Shown here piece after piece: positions 9,207 through 19,319 of a stretch of 44,947 nt of DNA (the stretch's first letter is position 1; every line of letters starts with the position of its first letter). The stretch spans positions 7,730 through 52,676 of the forward strand of contig DORE01000161.1 in NCBI GenBank assembly GCA_003514305.1. The letters are read 5' to 3'. Under the pieces are notes generated by a model, which saw nothing but the letters and a program-made list of their open reading frames with translations, made no database searches and was not told where the DNA came from. The position numbers were made by a program, and so were the translations under genes. The stretch comes from Gammaproteobacteria bacterium (GTDB taxonomy: Bacteria > Pseudomonadota > Gammaproteobacteria > Pseudomonadales > Pseudohongiellaceae).

Positions 9207-9818
9207 ATGAGTCTCAACATTGAATTCCATTATGATTTCGGAAGCCCTAACACCTATTTTTGTCACCGCCTGATTCCGGGTATAGAGGAACGCACGGGCG
9301 CACAAATCAATTATTGCCCAGTGCTACTGGGCGGTATTTTTAAGGCCACTAACAATCGCTCTCCCATGGAACAGTTTGCCGAAGTCAAAAACAAGAACGA
9401 ATATCAGGCACTGGAAATGAAACGCTTCATTGCGCGCCATCACTTTTCAGACTACCGGTCCAACCCTCACTTCCCAATAAATACTATCAATCTGATGCGA
9501 GGCGCCGTATACGCCAGCCATCAGGACTACTACAAGCGCTATATTGAGGCCATGTATCGGTGTATGTGGGAACAGGGCAAAAACATGGCGGACCCGGAAG
9601 TGATAGCCGAATCATTGAGCGAGCATGGCCTGCCCGCCGACGAAATTGTAGCGGCGATGCAAAACCCTGCGATCAAACAGGAACTCATAAGCAACACAAG
9701 CCGCTCGGTAGAGCGTGGTGCGTTCGGCTCACCAACTTTCTTTGTCGGGGATGAAATGCTTTTCGGTAAAGACCGGCTGCTTGAACTCGAAGAAGAAATC
9801 GTTAGCCAGATGCGCTAG
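9207..9818 (+). CDS. 2-hydroxychromene-2-carboxylate isomerase / DsbA-like thioredoxin-fold (GST-kappa-like) protein
   Basis: The ORF is open from 9174; ATG 9207 gives MSLNIEFHYDFGSPNTYF..., the typical family N-terminus. The C-terminal part reads GAFGSPTFFVGDEMLFGKDRL. It has no CxxC, as expected for HCCA isomerases. Confidence 0.8.
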   Translation: MSLNIEFHYDFGSPNTYFCHRLIPGIEERTGAQINYCPVLLGGIFKATNNRSPMEQFAEVKNKNEYQALEMKRFIARHHFSDYRSNPHFPINTINLMRGAVYASHQDYYKRYIEAMYRCMWEQGKNMADPEVIAESLSEHGLPADEIVAAMQNPAIKQELISNTSRSVERGAFGSPTFFVGDEMLFGKDRLLELEEEIVSQMR

Positions 9819-9823
9819 GCGAC

Positions 9824-10417
9824 TTACTCTGCTCGGTCAAAGTACCTAACCAGTTCGATTGGCTCGCGAAATGAATCTGGCTGGATCGTCATTTCAATGC
9901 GCAGCCGATTGCCGTCAGACTCGAGGCTGTAGATTTCGATGGTAAACCCACCGTCTCTTGGTCGCCCTTCCACCACCAGCGAGTTGTCCTCGAACAGCCC
10001 CGAGGAAAAATCGGTGCCACCTTCACTGTAGAAGCCAGTCGCCGAAGCACGGCGGCGACGGCCATCTGAATGAAATACCCGCTGGAAATTCTCGTCATAG
10101 GTGAACCGAAGCTCGGGCTCGTTCACCTCAATGCTTAAGACATCATCAAAAGAGATGCGGTCATAGAGCTCATGCTCCGGCGGACCGCCGCGGTAAAAAT
10201 CCTCCTGACGATTGAAAAATCCCCGGCTGCCCTTGCCGCCACCCGCTTCAATGGCCTTTTCCACTTGATCGTCTGTGTTGTCGCTCAGCTCATCATTTAT
10301 TACCCAACGACCTGACAGACCCGTCCGTATTTCTGGTGCCTGCGCCGAAGCAAGGGCTGTCGATACAGCAACAAATAAGCTGGTGAGCAGCGCTATAAGC
10401 AGGCATTTTGTAGGCAT
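9824..10417 (-). CDS. secreted hypothetical protein
   Basis: The ORF is open to TTG 10438; ATG 10417 gives the signal peptide MPTKCLLIALLTSLFVAVSTALASAQA. The mature part is acidic and rich in beta-strand-like sequence, with no motif I recognise. Confidence 0.6.
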   Translation of the reverse strand: MPTKCLLIALLTSLFVAVSTALASAQAPEIRTGLSGRWVINDELSDNTDDQVEKAIEAGGGKGSRGFFNRQEDFYRGGPPEHELYDRISFDDVLSIEVNEPELRFTYDENFQRVFHSDGRRRRASATGFYSEGGTDFSSGLFEDNSLVVEGRPRDGGFTIEIYSLESDGNRLRIEMTIQPDSFREPIELVRYFDRAE

Positions 10418-10494
10418 AGCAAAGTTGCGAAACGGCAATGAACCTTGTCATTCAATCCGGTTTGACATGAAAGTTCAAGTCTGGGATTTCAGCG

Positions 10495-11874
10495 CTATTC
10501 CGTCTGATTCGCAGGCGAAGCAAAGAAAATACTGCAATCATCAACCAGACGTTGGGCCGCGATAATCACCAGCATGAACAGCAACAGGTAATACACCGGA
10601 AAAGCGACCAACGCATCAAGGAAAATCTGCTCATTGAGTATTTGCCCTTCACCTTGCGCATCCTGACGATGTCGCAGCGTTGCCACCAGCGTTGTATATA
10701 GCAGGCTTGCTGTCCCTAAACCGAGATTCAGCGCCAGTCCCTTAAAGCTGAGCACGGTCGCGCGAACCTGCGAGTCGGCCTCTCGGTTTAGATAGTAGCT
10801 GGCTTGGAACTGCACCATGCCCATCATCGCAAATGCCCCGATGGCAAATAAAACGCCCACAAAAGGTAAGGCATAACTGATTCCGATCAGCCCTGCCATG
10901 AGTACCACGGACAAAAACAGGAAATTAAACAGAGGGGAGTGCTTGCTAACCAGAATCCGTGAAATGGTCGCGTTAAGGATGCCGACCAAAGACATCCCGG
11001 CCCCTATGAAACCGAACCAGGAAACCGGAATGTCGATCAGCCGGTAGTACTCACTGGCCAAAACCACAAACTGGCGAGCCACAGAATCCAGCGCCAATGC
11101 TGCCAAAATAACGAACAGCACGAAGCGGTGATTCACTGTCCAGGTGGCCACCCGGGAAACCTGGCGGAAGGGTTCCAGAAGAGAGTCCTTCGACGATGCC
11201 TTGTCCAGCGCCTTATCTATTTCAAGGTCATGAAAACCGAGCGCTGTGATCAGCACCAGGCAAGCGGTAGCAAGTGTCAACATCACCGGCAGCCGAACAA
11301 TAACAGAATCTTCAAGCATCCAGCCGGCATTCAGCCAGGCCAAACACCGGTTAACGACTGACGGGTCATAGGCTAACGCGCCCAGAATCATTGTGGTGGA
11401 AAACCCGATTGAAACAACCCATGTTGTCCGCTCAAGAACTTTTGGCCATTCAGCCTCCCGACCCAGCGATTTAAGTGAATCGTAGGCCAGTGCTTCATCG
11501 GCACCGCTGGCAGCCGCTTCCGACAAACCGGAGCAAATTCTGTTCAGCAGAAACACGATAAACAGCAGCGGAGAAGCGCCCAGTGGGACAAAGACAAGCA
11601 GTGCCATCTCCAGAACCATCAGCAGCGCGGCAAATACAAGCAATCGCTTATGCCCGATAATGTCGGCCAAGGCACCTGATGGCACTTCGGCAACTACTAT
11701 ACTTAACGCCCAAACCATATTCAGCAGCGCGAACTGCTCCAGCGTCAGACCATAATCGAGAAACAGCACGGTAAAGACCGGATAGTAGAAACGGGCTGTA
11801 TAGAACAGGCGAAAAACAGTGAAACGCCGGACGTTCCCTTCGAGCCACGCGGCGCTATCCGAATTCAGGTTCAT
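10495..11874 (-). CDS. MFS transporter
   Basis: 459-aa ORF with about 12 hydrophobic segments and a central hydrophilic loop. Its composition and layout are typical of the major facilitator superfamily. Substrate unknown. Confidence 0.8.
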   Translation of the reverse strand: MNLNSDSAAWLEGNVRRFTVFRLFYTARFYYPVFTVLFLDYGLTLEQFALLNMVWALSIVVAEVPSGALADIIGHKRLLVFAALLMVLEMALLVFVPLGASPLLFIVFLLNRICSGLSEAAASGADEALAYDSLKSLGREAEWPKVLERTTWVVSIGFSTTMILGALAYDPSVVNRCLAWLNAGWMLEDSVIVRLPVMLTLATACLVLITALGFHDLEIDKALDKASSKDSLLEPFRQVSRVATWTVNHRFVLFVILAALALDSVARQFVVLASEYYRLIDIPVSWFGFIGAGMSLVGILNATISRILVSKHSPLFNFLFLSVVLMAGLIGISYALPFVGVLFAIGAFAMMGMVQFQASYYLNREADSQVRATVLSFKGLALNLGLGTASLLYTTLVATLRHRQDAQGEGQILNEQIFLDALVAFPVYYLLLFMLVIIAAQRLVDDCSIFFASPANQTE

Positions 11875-11906
11875 CGGCCTGGAGAATCACGCAGGTTGCA
11901 ATGCCG

Positions 11907-12788
11907 TCACTTGATTTTTCTCCGACGCCAGTCAGCAATCGCCCTGCCGATTTCATCTGGCGAGTCTTCCTGCAGAAAGTGATTCCCCGTGACGGTTACT
12001 TCTTCCTGATTTGGCCAGCTTCGGCAAAATTCTCGCTGCGCGCCGATCAGGATCGCTCCCGGATCAGCGTTCACAAATAATTTGGGGACTGGCGACTCAG
12101 ATAGCCAGTCTGCATAGTCACTGACAATCGAATGCACCGCGGCTGGCTCACCCTCAATCGGAATTTGTCTAGGCCAAGTGAGGGTAGGCCTGCGTCCTTC
12201 ACCACGGTCAACGAAAGGCCTGCGATAGACCGCCATCTCCTCATCATCAAGAGTTCTCAAGACGGAGCCGGGAAGCACTCTTTCAACAAATACGTTTTTT
12301 TCCAGAATCATCTCTTCACCAGCAGGAGATCGAAGTCCCTGAAAAACTCCGCGCGCCGCTTCAGGCCATTCCTCCCAGGTTACCGGCCGAACAATACTCT
12401 CCATATACGCAATACCCGCCACCGCATCACGGTGCCGATTTGACCAATCAAAGCCAAGGGCCGAACCCCAGTCATGAATGACCCAGGTCACGTTATGGCT
12501 GACGCCTAATGCCTCAAGTGCACCATCGAGATAATGTCTGTGCTCCTCAAAGGTATAACGCTCAGGACCGGACGCATCCAGCTTTTCCGAATCACCCATG
12601 CCAATTAGATCAATCGCAATGCAGCGACCCTGATTTGTTAAATGTGGCATAACATTTCGCCACAGGTATGAGGAAGTGGGATTGCCATGCTGAAAAATAA
12701 TTGGATCACCTTCACCCATTTCCACAAAGGCCATAGTCTTGCCATTCACTGAAACGCTTTTTTTCAGCCACTCACTGTCCTGATTCAT
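11907..12788 (-). CDS. haloalkane dehalogenase, HLD-II subfamily (DhaA/LinB-like)
   Basis: The ORF is open to 12890; ATG 12788 gives MNQDSEWL.... It is collinear with Rhodococcus DhaA: [15 protein letters not shown] (halide-binding Asn), [11 protein letters not shown] (Asp nucleophile plus Trp), YMESIVRP (catalytic Glu), [14 protein letters not shown] (catalytic His) and IPIEGEPA. Confidence 0.9.
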   Translation of the reverse strand: MNQDSEWLKKSVSVNGKTMAFVEMGEGDPIIFQHGNPTSSYLWRNVMPHLTNQGRCIAIDLIGMGDSEKLDASGPERYTFEEHRHYLDGALEALGVSHNVTWVIHDWGSALGFDWSNRHRDAVAGIAYMESIVRPVTWEEWPEAARGVFQGLRSPAGEEMILEKNVFVERVLPGSVLRTLDDEEMAVYRRPFVDRGEGRRPTLTWPRQIPIEGEPAAVHSIVSDYADWLSESPVPKLFVNADPGAILIGAQREFCRSWPNQEEVTVTGNHFLQEDSPDEIGRAIADWRRRKIK

Positions 12789-12956
12789 ATTCCGCCTCTG
12801 CTCCACCTTGCTCTGACAGGCTATAAAACTATACCGTTTGACGAGAAAAGAATACCGAATAAGCCGGATTCGACGAATTGAATCCCCCACCGCTCTTCAT
12901 ATATCCTGCGAGCTCGCGCAATAGCACATCAGAATAATACCGATGGGAGAAATCGA

Positions 12957-14591
12957 ATGACTATGCAAAACACGCCTCTGTTGATGTCTAGAATCCTTGG
13001 CCGGGGTGCGGAGCTCGATCCGGAAGTCGAAGTCGTGACGGCTCAGGCAACCGACACCCATCGCCAGACGCTGAAGCAAACCTGGGACCGGGCCCAGCAG
13101 GTCGCCAACGCGCTAAAGTCGCACGGGATCGAAACTGGCAACCGGATCGGCAGCTTCATGTGGAACAACTATCGACATCTGGAGCTTTATCAGGGTGTGC
13201 CCAGTATGGGCTGCGTCCTCCACACCCTGAATATTCGCCTGTCCCCCACTGACCTTGAATACATCATCAACCATGCAGGTGATCGCATTATTTTTGCAGA
13301 TGAAGATCTGCTGCCGCTGCTGGAGCCACTGTGGGGAAAAATTCCCTGCGTTGAGCTCCTGGTAATTTGCCGCCACGGTGAGGGCGGAGAAAGCAGTTTC
13401 GCCAACCAGGTTTGTTACGAAGATTTCATCGCTGACCAACCTACCGCCTATGACTGGCCCGATATTCCAGAAACGGCACCGATGGGTTTGTGTTACACCT
13501 CAGGCACCACCGGCAACCCCAAGGGCGTGATGTACACAAACCGATCGACCTATCTGCACACCCTCACTGAATCGCTGACGGATTCGATGGGTTTGTCGGC
13601 ACTCGATTCCTTGCTTGGTATCGTTCCGATGTTTCATGCCATGGGCTGGGGTTTGCCCTTTGCCGCATCCATGTTGGGCACCAAACAGGTTTACCCTCAT
13701 CGATTCATGACTCCAGATTCCTTCCTCAGTCTGATGCAGAAGGAAGGGGTTACGATCTCGGCTGGCGTGCCAACGATCTGGCAGGGTGTGCGCGCCACGC
13801 TGGAAGCCAACCCGGACAAGTTTGATCTCTCGAAACTGGAGCGACTCACCTGTGGCGGCTCAGCCCCACCCGTCGAAATGATGCGCTGGTACTGGGAAAC
13901 CTTTGGTGTGGAAATGATACAGGGCTGGGGCATGACCGAGACTAATCCACTCGGCACACTCTCGCGGAAAGTCTCAAAGCGATCTCAGAGCGCGTTATCC
14001 GAAGATCAGCAGTTTGAAAATATTGCCAAAGCTGGTCTCGCCATGCCGGGACTGGAAATTGAAATATTCGACGAGCATTGGAAAGCCCTGCCGCACAATG
14101 GAGAAGCAGTGGGCGAACTCTGCATCCGTGGACCTTGGATTGCATCCGAGTACTTCAATGATCCGCAGCCTGACAAGTTCCACAATGACTGGCTGGTTAC
14201 CGGAGATGTCGCAAAAATTGATGCCGATCAGTACGTCATCATCTGTGACCGCTCCAAGGATATGATAAAGTCCGGCGGAGAGTGGATTTCCTCCGTTGAT
14301 CTGGAAAATCACATCGTTGCGATGCCCGAGATTGCCCAGGCGGCAGTCGTTGCCCAACCACACCCAAAGTGGGACGAGCGCCCCATAGCGATGGTCATCA
14401 TGGCCGCAGGTGAAGTACTGGATCAGGCAGCAGTCATCAAGCACTGCAGCCAGATATTCGCCAAATGGCAGCTGCCAGATGAGGTGATTGCGGTGGAAAA
14501 CCTTCCGCTTGGCCCGACTGGCAAGATCGAGAAAAAAACCATCCGAGCCAATCTGAAAAAAGAAGGCTACCAGCTTCCGGATCTACGCTAA
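12957..14591 (+). CDS. AMP-dependent acyl-CoA synthetase (fatty-acid--CoA ligase)
   Basis: 544-aa ORF with the AMP-binding motif YTSGTTGNPKGV, GWGMTET, TGDVA..D..G and the C-terminal GKIEKK lysine motif. Confidence 0.9.
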   Translation: MTMQNTPLLMSRILGRGAELDPEVEVVTAQATDTHRQTLKQTWDRAQQVANALKSHGIETGNRIGSFMWNNYRHLELYQGVPSMGCVLHTLNIRLSPTDLEYIINHAGDRIIFADEDLLPLLEPLWGKIPCVELLVICRHGEGGESSFANQVCYEDFIADQPTAYDWPDIPETAPMGLCYTSGTTGNPKGVMYTNRSTYLHTLTESLTDSMGLSALDSLLGIVPMFHAMGWGLPFAASMLGTKQVYPHRFMTPDSFLSLMQKEGVTISAGVPTIWQGVRATLEANPDKFDLSKLERLTCGGSAPPVEMMRWYWETFGVEMIQGWGMTETNPLGTLSRKVSKRSQSALSEDQQFENIAKAGLAMPGLEIEIFDEHWKALPHNGEAVGELCIRGPWIASEYFNDPQPDKFHNDWLVTGDVAKIDADQYVIICDRSKDMIKSGGEWISSVDLENHIVAMPEIAQAAVVAQPHPKWDERPIAMVIMAAGEVLDQAAVIKHCSQIFAKWQLPDEVIAVENLPLGPTGKIEKKTIRANLKKEGYQLPDLR

Positions 14592-14616
14592 GGTCATCGC
14601 TGCGGCTGCACAAACT

Positions 14617-14647
14617 AGAGAATGGGATTCTCTGACTCCCTTTTTTT
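14617..14647 (+). terminator. possible intrinsic terminator between convergent genes
   Basis: AGAGAAT-GGG-ATTCTCT forms a 7-bp stem at 14617-14633. It is followed by GACTCCC and a T7 run at 14641-14647, downstream of the ligase stop. The stem is AT-rich and the T-run is offset, so support is weak. Confidence 0.3.
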
Positions 14648-14657
14648 AGCTCCTGCT

Positions 14658-15680
14658 TCAACGTCCCGGATCTGTCGGCGCGTAATTATTGCCTTCCGCA
14701 TCTGCGGTTCGCGCCCCAGCCAGAATACCGGGCAAGGCATAGTTGCCTTCATGACAAGCATATTCGAAGACCTGATCTTCGGTCCGGTCCATGGGCAGCT
14801 CCCCACTCCAAGTCTGCGTATAGTTTTCCGGATCGTCCACGGTAAACTGGTAGCGGATGACATCATCGGCCACACGGGTGAATCGCTCCGTCACTTTCAT
14901 TTGCTGCGATCCATAGAACCTATGCTCGAGGGAAGAACGTAGGCTCTGTTGCGGATGAAAATTGGTGGTTTCGACAATCAAACTGTCTCCCTCGTAGTAG
15001 CCTACAGAATCTCCCATCCAGGGATACTGGCTGTTTGCTTGAAACTCTGCGTTCAGTCTGATGATCCGTGCATCATGGTTCATCTCTGCCATCAGCAGAA
15101 CATGAGTTTCCGTCTGCACGATCTGGGTCAGGTTATTGTAGAGAACCGGCAGCTTCGGCGGGCCTCCGGTAGAGCCAAAACCCACGACACAGCGTTCACC
15201 TAAGGGTCGCGCTTCTGGCCCATCATAGGAATTACGCTGGCGCATGGCTGAGGCATAATTTGCGAGGCCCTGCTCCGAGTAAGGTAGCCTGCCATCAGCA
15301 GGATCAACCAGTATTGAGGTTCGGATTTCACCTCTTACAACTGCAAGCCGGTCTCCAGGGTCCATCCAGAATGTGTTATAGCCTCCGACATTACGCCCGG
15401 CGTCCGGTGCTTCACGGTCCGGATCACTGGGTTGATTACTGGCCTCATTCCTCGCCTGAACCCGGGCCTCAATCAGAATCGCTTCTTCCTCGGAGATAAC
15501 CAACTCTCCGTTAAAGCGCTCCGCCCGCTCAAGATTGGTCTGAGTCGCAATCGACCAAGTACCCTGTAAATCAGGCGCACCTTGCTCCGTCCTTGGCGCT
15601 AGGTAGCCTGACTCAGCCGCCGGCAGGGCATTACCGGCACAGAAAACAACTAACCCCGCTATTAAGCCTCTGTATTTCAT
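14658..15680 (-). CDS. secreted conserved hypothetical protein
   Basis: The ORF is open to 15788; ATG 15680 gives the signal peptide MKYRGLIAGLVVFCAGNALPAAES. The mature protein contains GTWS, NTFWMDPG and a C-terminal FEYACHEGNYALPG motif. I cannot assign a family or function. Confidence 0.65.
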   Translation of the reverse strand: MKYRGLIAGLVVFCAGNALPAAESGYLAPRTEQGAPDLQGTWSIATQTNLERAERFNGELVISEEEAILIEARVQARNEASNQPSDPDREAPDAGRNVGGYNTFWMDPGDRLAVVRGEIRTSILVDPADGRLPYSEQGLANYASAMRQRNSYDGPEARPLGERCVVGFGSTGGPPKLPVLYNNLTQIVQTETHVLLMAEMNHDARIIRLNAEFQANSQYPWMGDSVGYYEGDSLIVETTNFHPQQSLRSSLEHRFYGSQQMKVTERFTRVADDVIRYQFTVDDPENYTQTWSGELPMDRTEDQVFEYACHEGNYALPGILAGARTADAEGNNYAPTDPGR

Positions 15681-15859
15681 CGCCATTTCCCTTAGTTCGC
15701 TGCCGCGCATGGCGTAGAAGTATGACAAGAACCAGCGGCAGTCACCAACAGATTTTATTATGAGTTCAATCAACCTGCACAAAACCACGTAGCTTCAATG
15801 GAATTTGCCATCTTTTACTTGATACACTCGCCTTCTCACTTTCAACACGCACGCAGCAA

Positions 15860-16843
15860 ATGCTCAGAAAATCGCACTATCTGCTTGGAACAGTCTTTAT
15901 CCTAGTCCTGGTCATCGTCGATGGCTTCATCATTGTTGAGGAGAAAGGCGATCCGAAGAACATGGTCTGGCTTGATGGCGGGAGTTTTATAATGGGTTCA
16001 GACCACGGTCTGCCAGACGAGGCCCCTGCCCATCCGGTTAACGTCTCTGGATTTTGGATCGATAAGTATGAAGTCACCAATGCCCAATACGAATCGTTCG
16101 TCACTGCTACCAGCTATGTGACAAGCGCTGAGCAATATGGAGACTCTCTGGTGTTCCACACCCCGGAGGGCAGAAGTCTGAGAGAAATTGCACCCATGAG
16201 CTGGTGGCGGTTAGTCAGAGATGCCAGCTGGCGTTCTCCGGAGGGCACCGGAGAGACACTACTTTCGCAGGCGGAGCATCCTGTTGTTCAAGTCAACTAT
16301 GCAGATGCATTAGCCTACTGTGACTGGCAAGGTAAAACACTGCCCACCGAAGCACAGTATGAATTCGCCGCAAGGGGCGGGCGAGACAGGCAGATCTACA
16401 GTTGGGGTAATCAGCCGATTCACCACATAGAACCCGTAACTAATTACTGGCAAGGCGAGTTTCCAGTCAGGAACGAGAATACAGATGGTCACCACCAGTC
16501 AGCACCGGTTGGCAGCTATCCAGCGAACGACTACGGACTCTATGACATTACCGGAAATGTCTGGGAATGGGTTTCCGACTGGTACCACCCAAACGCATAC
16601 TCTGTTCTAGGTAGTCGTAATCCAAAAGGAGTGAAAAGGGAAGAGAGTCTGGATCCGGCTGAACCTGATTTGCCCAAGCGGAGCATACGCGGCGGATCCT
16701 TCCTCTGCAGTGAAAACTACTGTCAGGGTTTCAGAGTCAGCGCGCGGATGCCTGCGGACCCTGAATCTGCGACCAACCACATAGGTTTCCGATGCGTTGC
16801 ACCCAAACGCTCAAACCGCTTGACCGCGCTCTGGCTGGATTGA
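15860..16843 (+). CDS. formylglycine-generating enzyme (FGE/SUMF1 family), N-terminally membrane-anchored
   Basis: 327-aa ORF with a TM anchor (LLGTVFILVLVIVDGFIIV). FGE-sulfatase domain motifs are present: MVWLDGGSFIMGSD, PAHPV.VSGFWIDKYEVTN, LPTEAQYEFAARGG, GNVWEWVSDWY and RGGSFLCSENYCQGFRVSAR. The last keeps both catalytic Cys of the CxxxxC pair. Confidence 0.85.
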   Translation: MLRKSHYLLGTVFILVLVIVDGFIIVEEKGDPKNMVWLDGGSFIMGSDHGLPDEAPAHPVNVSGFWIDKYEVTNAQYESFVTATSYVTSAEQYGDSLVFHTPEGRSLREIAPMSWWRLVRDASWRSPEGTGETLLSQAEHPVVQVNYADALAYCDWQGKTLPTEAQYEFAARGGRDRQIYSWGNQPIHHIEPVTNYWQGEFPVRNENTDGHHQSAPVGSYPANDYGLYDITGNVWEWVSDWYHPNAYSVLGSRNPKGVKREESLDPAEPDLPKRSIRGGSFLCSENYCQGFRVSARMPADPESATNHIGFRCVAPKRSNRLTALWLD

Positions 16844-16903
16844 GCCGCACAGACAAAGGCTTCCGAACGCCGAAATTGCTGCGCCTCTTCGTGCGAAACG
16901 TTT

Positions 16904-18064
16904 CTAAATCTCTCTAGCGATCAATAGCTTCATGATTTCATTGCTGCCGCCGTAAATTTTCTGTACGCGGCTGTCAGCAAACATCTTGGCTATTGGGTAT
17001 TCCATCATGTAGCCGTAGCCGCCAAAAAACTGCAAACAAGTGTCCACAATTTCGCATTGCTTCTGCGTAGTCCACCACTTGGCCATGGACGCCGAGGCAT
17101 CATCAAGCTTGCCTTCGGCAAGGCGCATCGCACAGTCATCAACGAACACCCTGGCAATCCTCGCTTCAGTCAGGCATTCGGCAAGCCGGAACTGGGTATT
17201 CTGAAAATCGAGGATTCGCTTGCCAAATGCTTTTCGCTCTTTGACATAGTCAGAAGTTAACCGAAGCGCTTTTTCCATCGCTGCACAGGCGCCTGCGGCA
17301 ATGATAACCCGCTCCTGAGGTAACTGTTCCATTAGATGAATAAAACCTCTGCCTTCGTCTGTGCCGAGCAGTGCCGACTTTGGCACCCGCACATCATCGA
17401 AGAACAGCTCGGCTGTGTCCTGTGCTTTCATACCCAACTTTTCTAGATTCCTGCCCCGCTGAAACCCACCTTCACCCTCAACCGATTCCGTCTCCAACAT
17501 GATCAGTGAGATGCCTTTAGCCCCTTCGCTCGGCTCGGTCTTGGCGACCACGCAAATGAGATTTGCAGTCATCCCGTTGGTAATGAACGTCTTTTGCCCG
17601 TTCAGTACGTAATCTTCTCCGTCTTGGAGCGCCGAGGTTTTAACCGCCTGCAGGTCTGAACCTGTTCCCGGCTCCGACATTGCAATCGCTGACACAATAT
17701 CGCCGCTCACCATCTTTGGCAGCCATTTAGCTTTTTGCTCCTGCGTGCCATACTTCTCTATGTAGTGAGCCACAATGCCCGAATGGACCCCGTTACCAAA
17801 GCCGGAAATATTGGCTCTGTTAAACTCCTCAATCAGCACCATTTCGTGCCGAAAATCGCCCCCACCGCCACCCCACTCCTCGGAAATCGATGCACACAAA
17901 ATACCGGCATCACCGGCTTTGTACCAAGCATCTCGGTCGACAAAACCCTGTTTGTCCCACTTTTCTGAAAGCGGAACAAACTCTTTGTCCAGGAATTTCT
18001 TCACCGCGTCACGCATGATGACGAGTTCTTCATCCATCCAGGGAGACTGATAATTCTCAAGCAT
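16904..18064 (-). CDS. acyl-CoA dehydrogenase
   Basis: 386-aa ORF with ACAD motifs AMSEPGTGSD, LNGQKTFITNG, QFFGGYGY and YGGSNEIMK. Confidence 0.92.
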   Translation of the reverse strand: MLENYQSPWMDEELVIMRDAVKKFLDKEFVPLSEKWDKQGFVDRDAWYKAGDAGILCASISEEWGGGGGDFRHEMVLIEEFNRANISGFGNGVHSGIVAHYIEKYGTQEQKAKWLPKMVSGDIVSAIAMSEPGTGSDLQAVKTSALQDGEDYVLNGQKTFITNGMTANLICVVAKTEPSEGAKGISLIMLETESVEGEGGFQRGRNLEKLGMKAQDTAELFFDDVRVPKSALLGTDEGRGFIHLMEQLPQERVIIAAGACAAMEKALRLTSDYVKERKAFGKRILDFQNTQFRLAECLTEARIARVFVDDCAMRLAEGKLDDASASMAKWWTTQKQCEIVDTCLQFFGGYGYMMEYPIAKMFADSRVQKIYGGSNEIMKLLIAREI

Positions 18065-18080
18065 AGGGCTGACTACTTCT

Positions 18081-19268
18081 TTAGCTATCTAGTTGATTCA
18101 TTCGTTCAATAATCATTGAGTTGGCGGTACCTCCGCCTTCGCAAATCGCCACCAGACCGAAGCGCGCCTGCCGCCGCTCTAGCTCATGGACCAGGGTCGT
18201 CATCAACTTGGCGCCAGTGCCGCCAAGCGGGTGACCCAAAGACTGCGCGCCACCATTGACGTTAAGTTTGGTGGGATCAGCATTGAGCGCCTTCGCCCAG
18301 GCCAGCGGCACAGAGCCAAACGCTTCGTTGACCTCGTATAAATCGATTTCATCGATGCTGAGTCCGGCTTTCTCGAGCACTTTTTCTGTCGCCGGAATAG
18401 GGCCTTCGAGCATGATGACCGGATCAGAACCGACCACTGCCAGAGAATGAATCTTCGCACGGACCGGAAGGTCAAATTTCCTCACTGCCTCTTCGTTCGC
18501 CACCATAATCGCTGCTGCACCATCGCTGATTTGACTGGCGGTGCCGGCGGTAATCACTCCCCCTTCTCGCAGGGTATTCAGCGACTGCATTCCCTGGAGG
18601 TTCGCTTCAAAGCGAATCCCCTCATCCACAGTGTGAACATCTTTAGTGCCATCCTCCAGCTCAATGTTGAGTGGCAAAATCTCTTGATTGAAGTATCCGC
18701 TCTTTGTCGCAATCGCCGCACGCTGATGACTCAGCAGACCGAATTCGTCAAGCGCCTTACGACTGATCTGATATTTCTCTGCTAGCAGTTCTGCTCCGTC
18801 GAACTGGCTGAACTGTATGCCGGGATACTGCAGCTCGAGGCGCTCACCTTTTGGTACCCCGCGCCCTTTATCCAGACCATCCCGAATGTTTGAACCGATC
18901 TCAACGGTACTCATCGCCTCAACACCGCCGCAAATCACCACATCCTGTGTGCCGGACATAACGGCTTGTGCGCCGAATTGAATCGCCTGCAGCGAGGACC
19001 CACACTGACGATCCACCGTGGTTCCAGGAACCTCAAGAGCCAGCTTGGAGCTCAGCGCCACATTACGGCCCAGGTTACCGGCCTGAGAACCAATCTGCAT
19101 GACTACACCAAAAACTAGGTCATCCACCCCGTCCGTCGGAACTCCGGTGCGATCCACTAATTCATCCACCACGGCAGCACCCATATCAACAGGGTGCATT
19201 CGGCTCAGCCTGCCTTTCTTTTTTCCAGTTGCGGTGCGCACTGCGCCGACAATGTATGCATTCGCCAT
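18081..19268 (-). CDS. acetyl-CoA C-acyltransferase (thiolase)
   Basis: The ORF is open to 19286; ATG 19268 gives MANAYIVGAVRT.... It has the active-site Cys in VDRQCGSS, NVNGGAQSLGHPLGGTG and ICEGGGTA. Confidence 0.92.
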   Translation of the reverse strand: MANAYIVGAVRTATGKKKGRLSRMHPVDMGAAVVDELVDRTGVPTDGVDDLVFGVVMQIGSQAGNLGRNVALSSKLALEVPGTTVDRQCGSSLQAIQFGAQAVMSGTQDVVICGGVEAMSTVEIGSNIRDGLDKGRGVPKGERLELQYPGIQFSQFDGAELLAEKYQISRKALDEFGLLSHQRAAIATKSGYFNQEILPLNIELEDGTKDVHTVDEGIRFEANLQGMQSLNTLREGGVITAGTASQISDGAAAIMVANEEAVRKFDLPVRAKIHSLAVVGSDPVIMLEGPIPATEKVLEKAGLSIDEIDLYEVNEAFGSVPLAWAKALNADPTKLNVNGGAQSLGHPLGGTGAKLMTTLVHELERRQARFGLVAICEGGGTANSMIIERMNQLDS

Positions 19269-19319
19269 ATTCTTCCTCGATAACAAATCGCTTGTCTGTG
19301 GGGCTCTGTGGGTAAAAAA

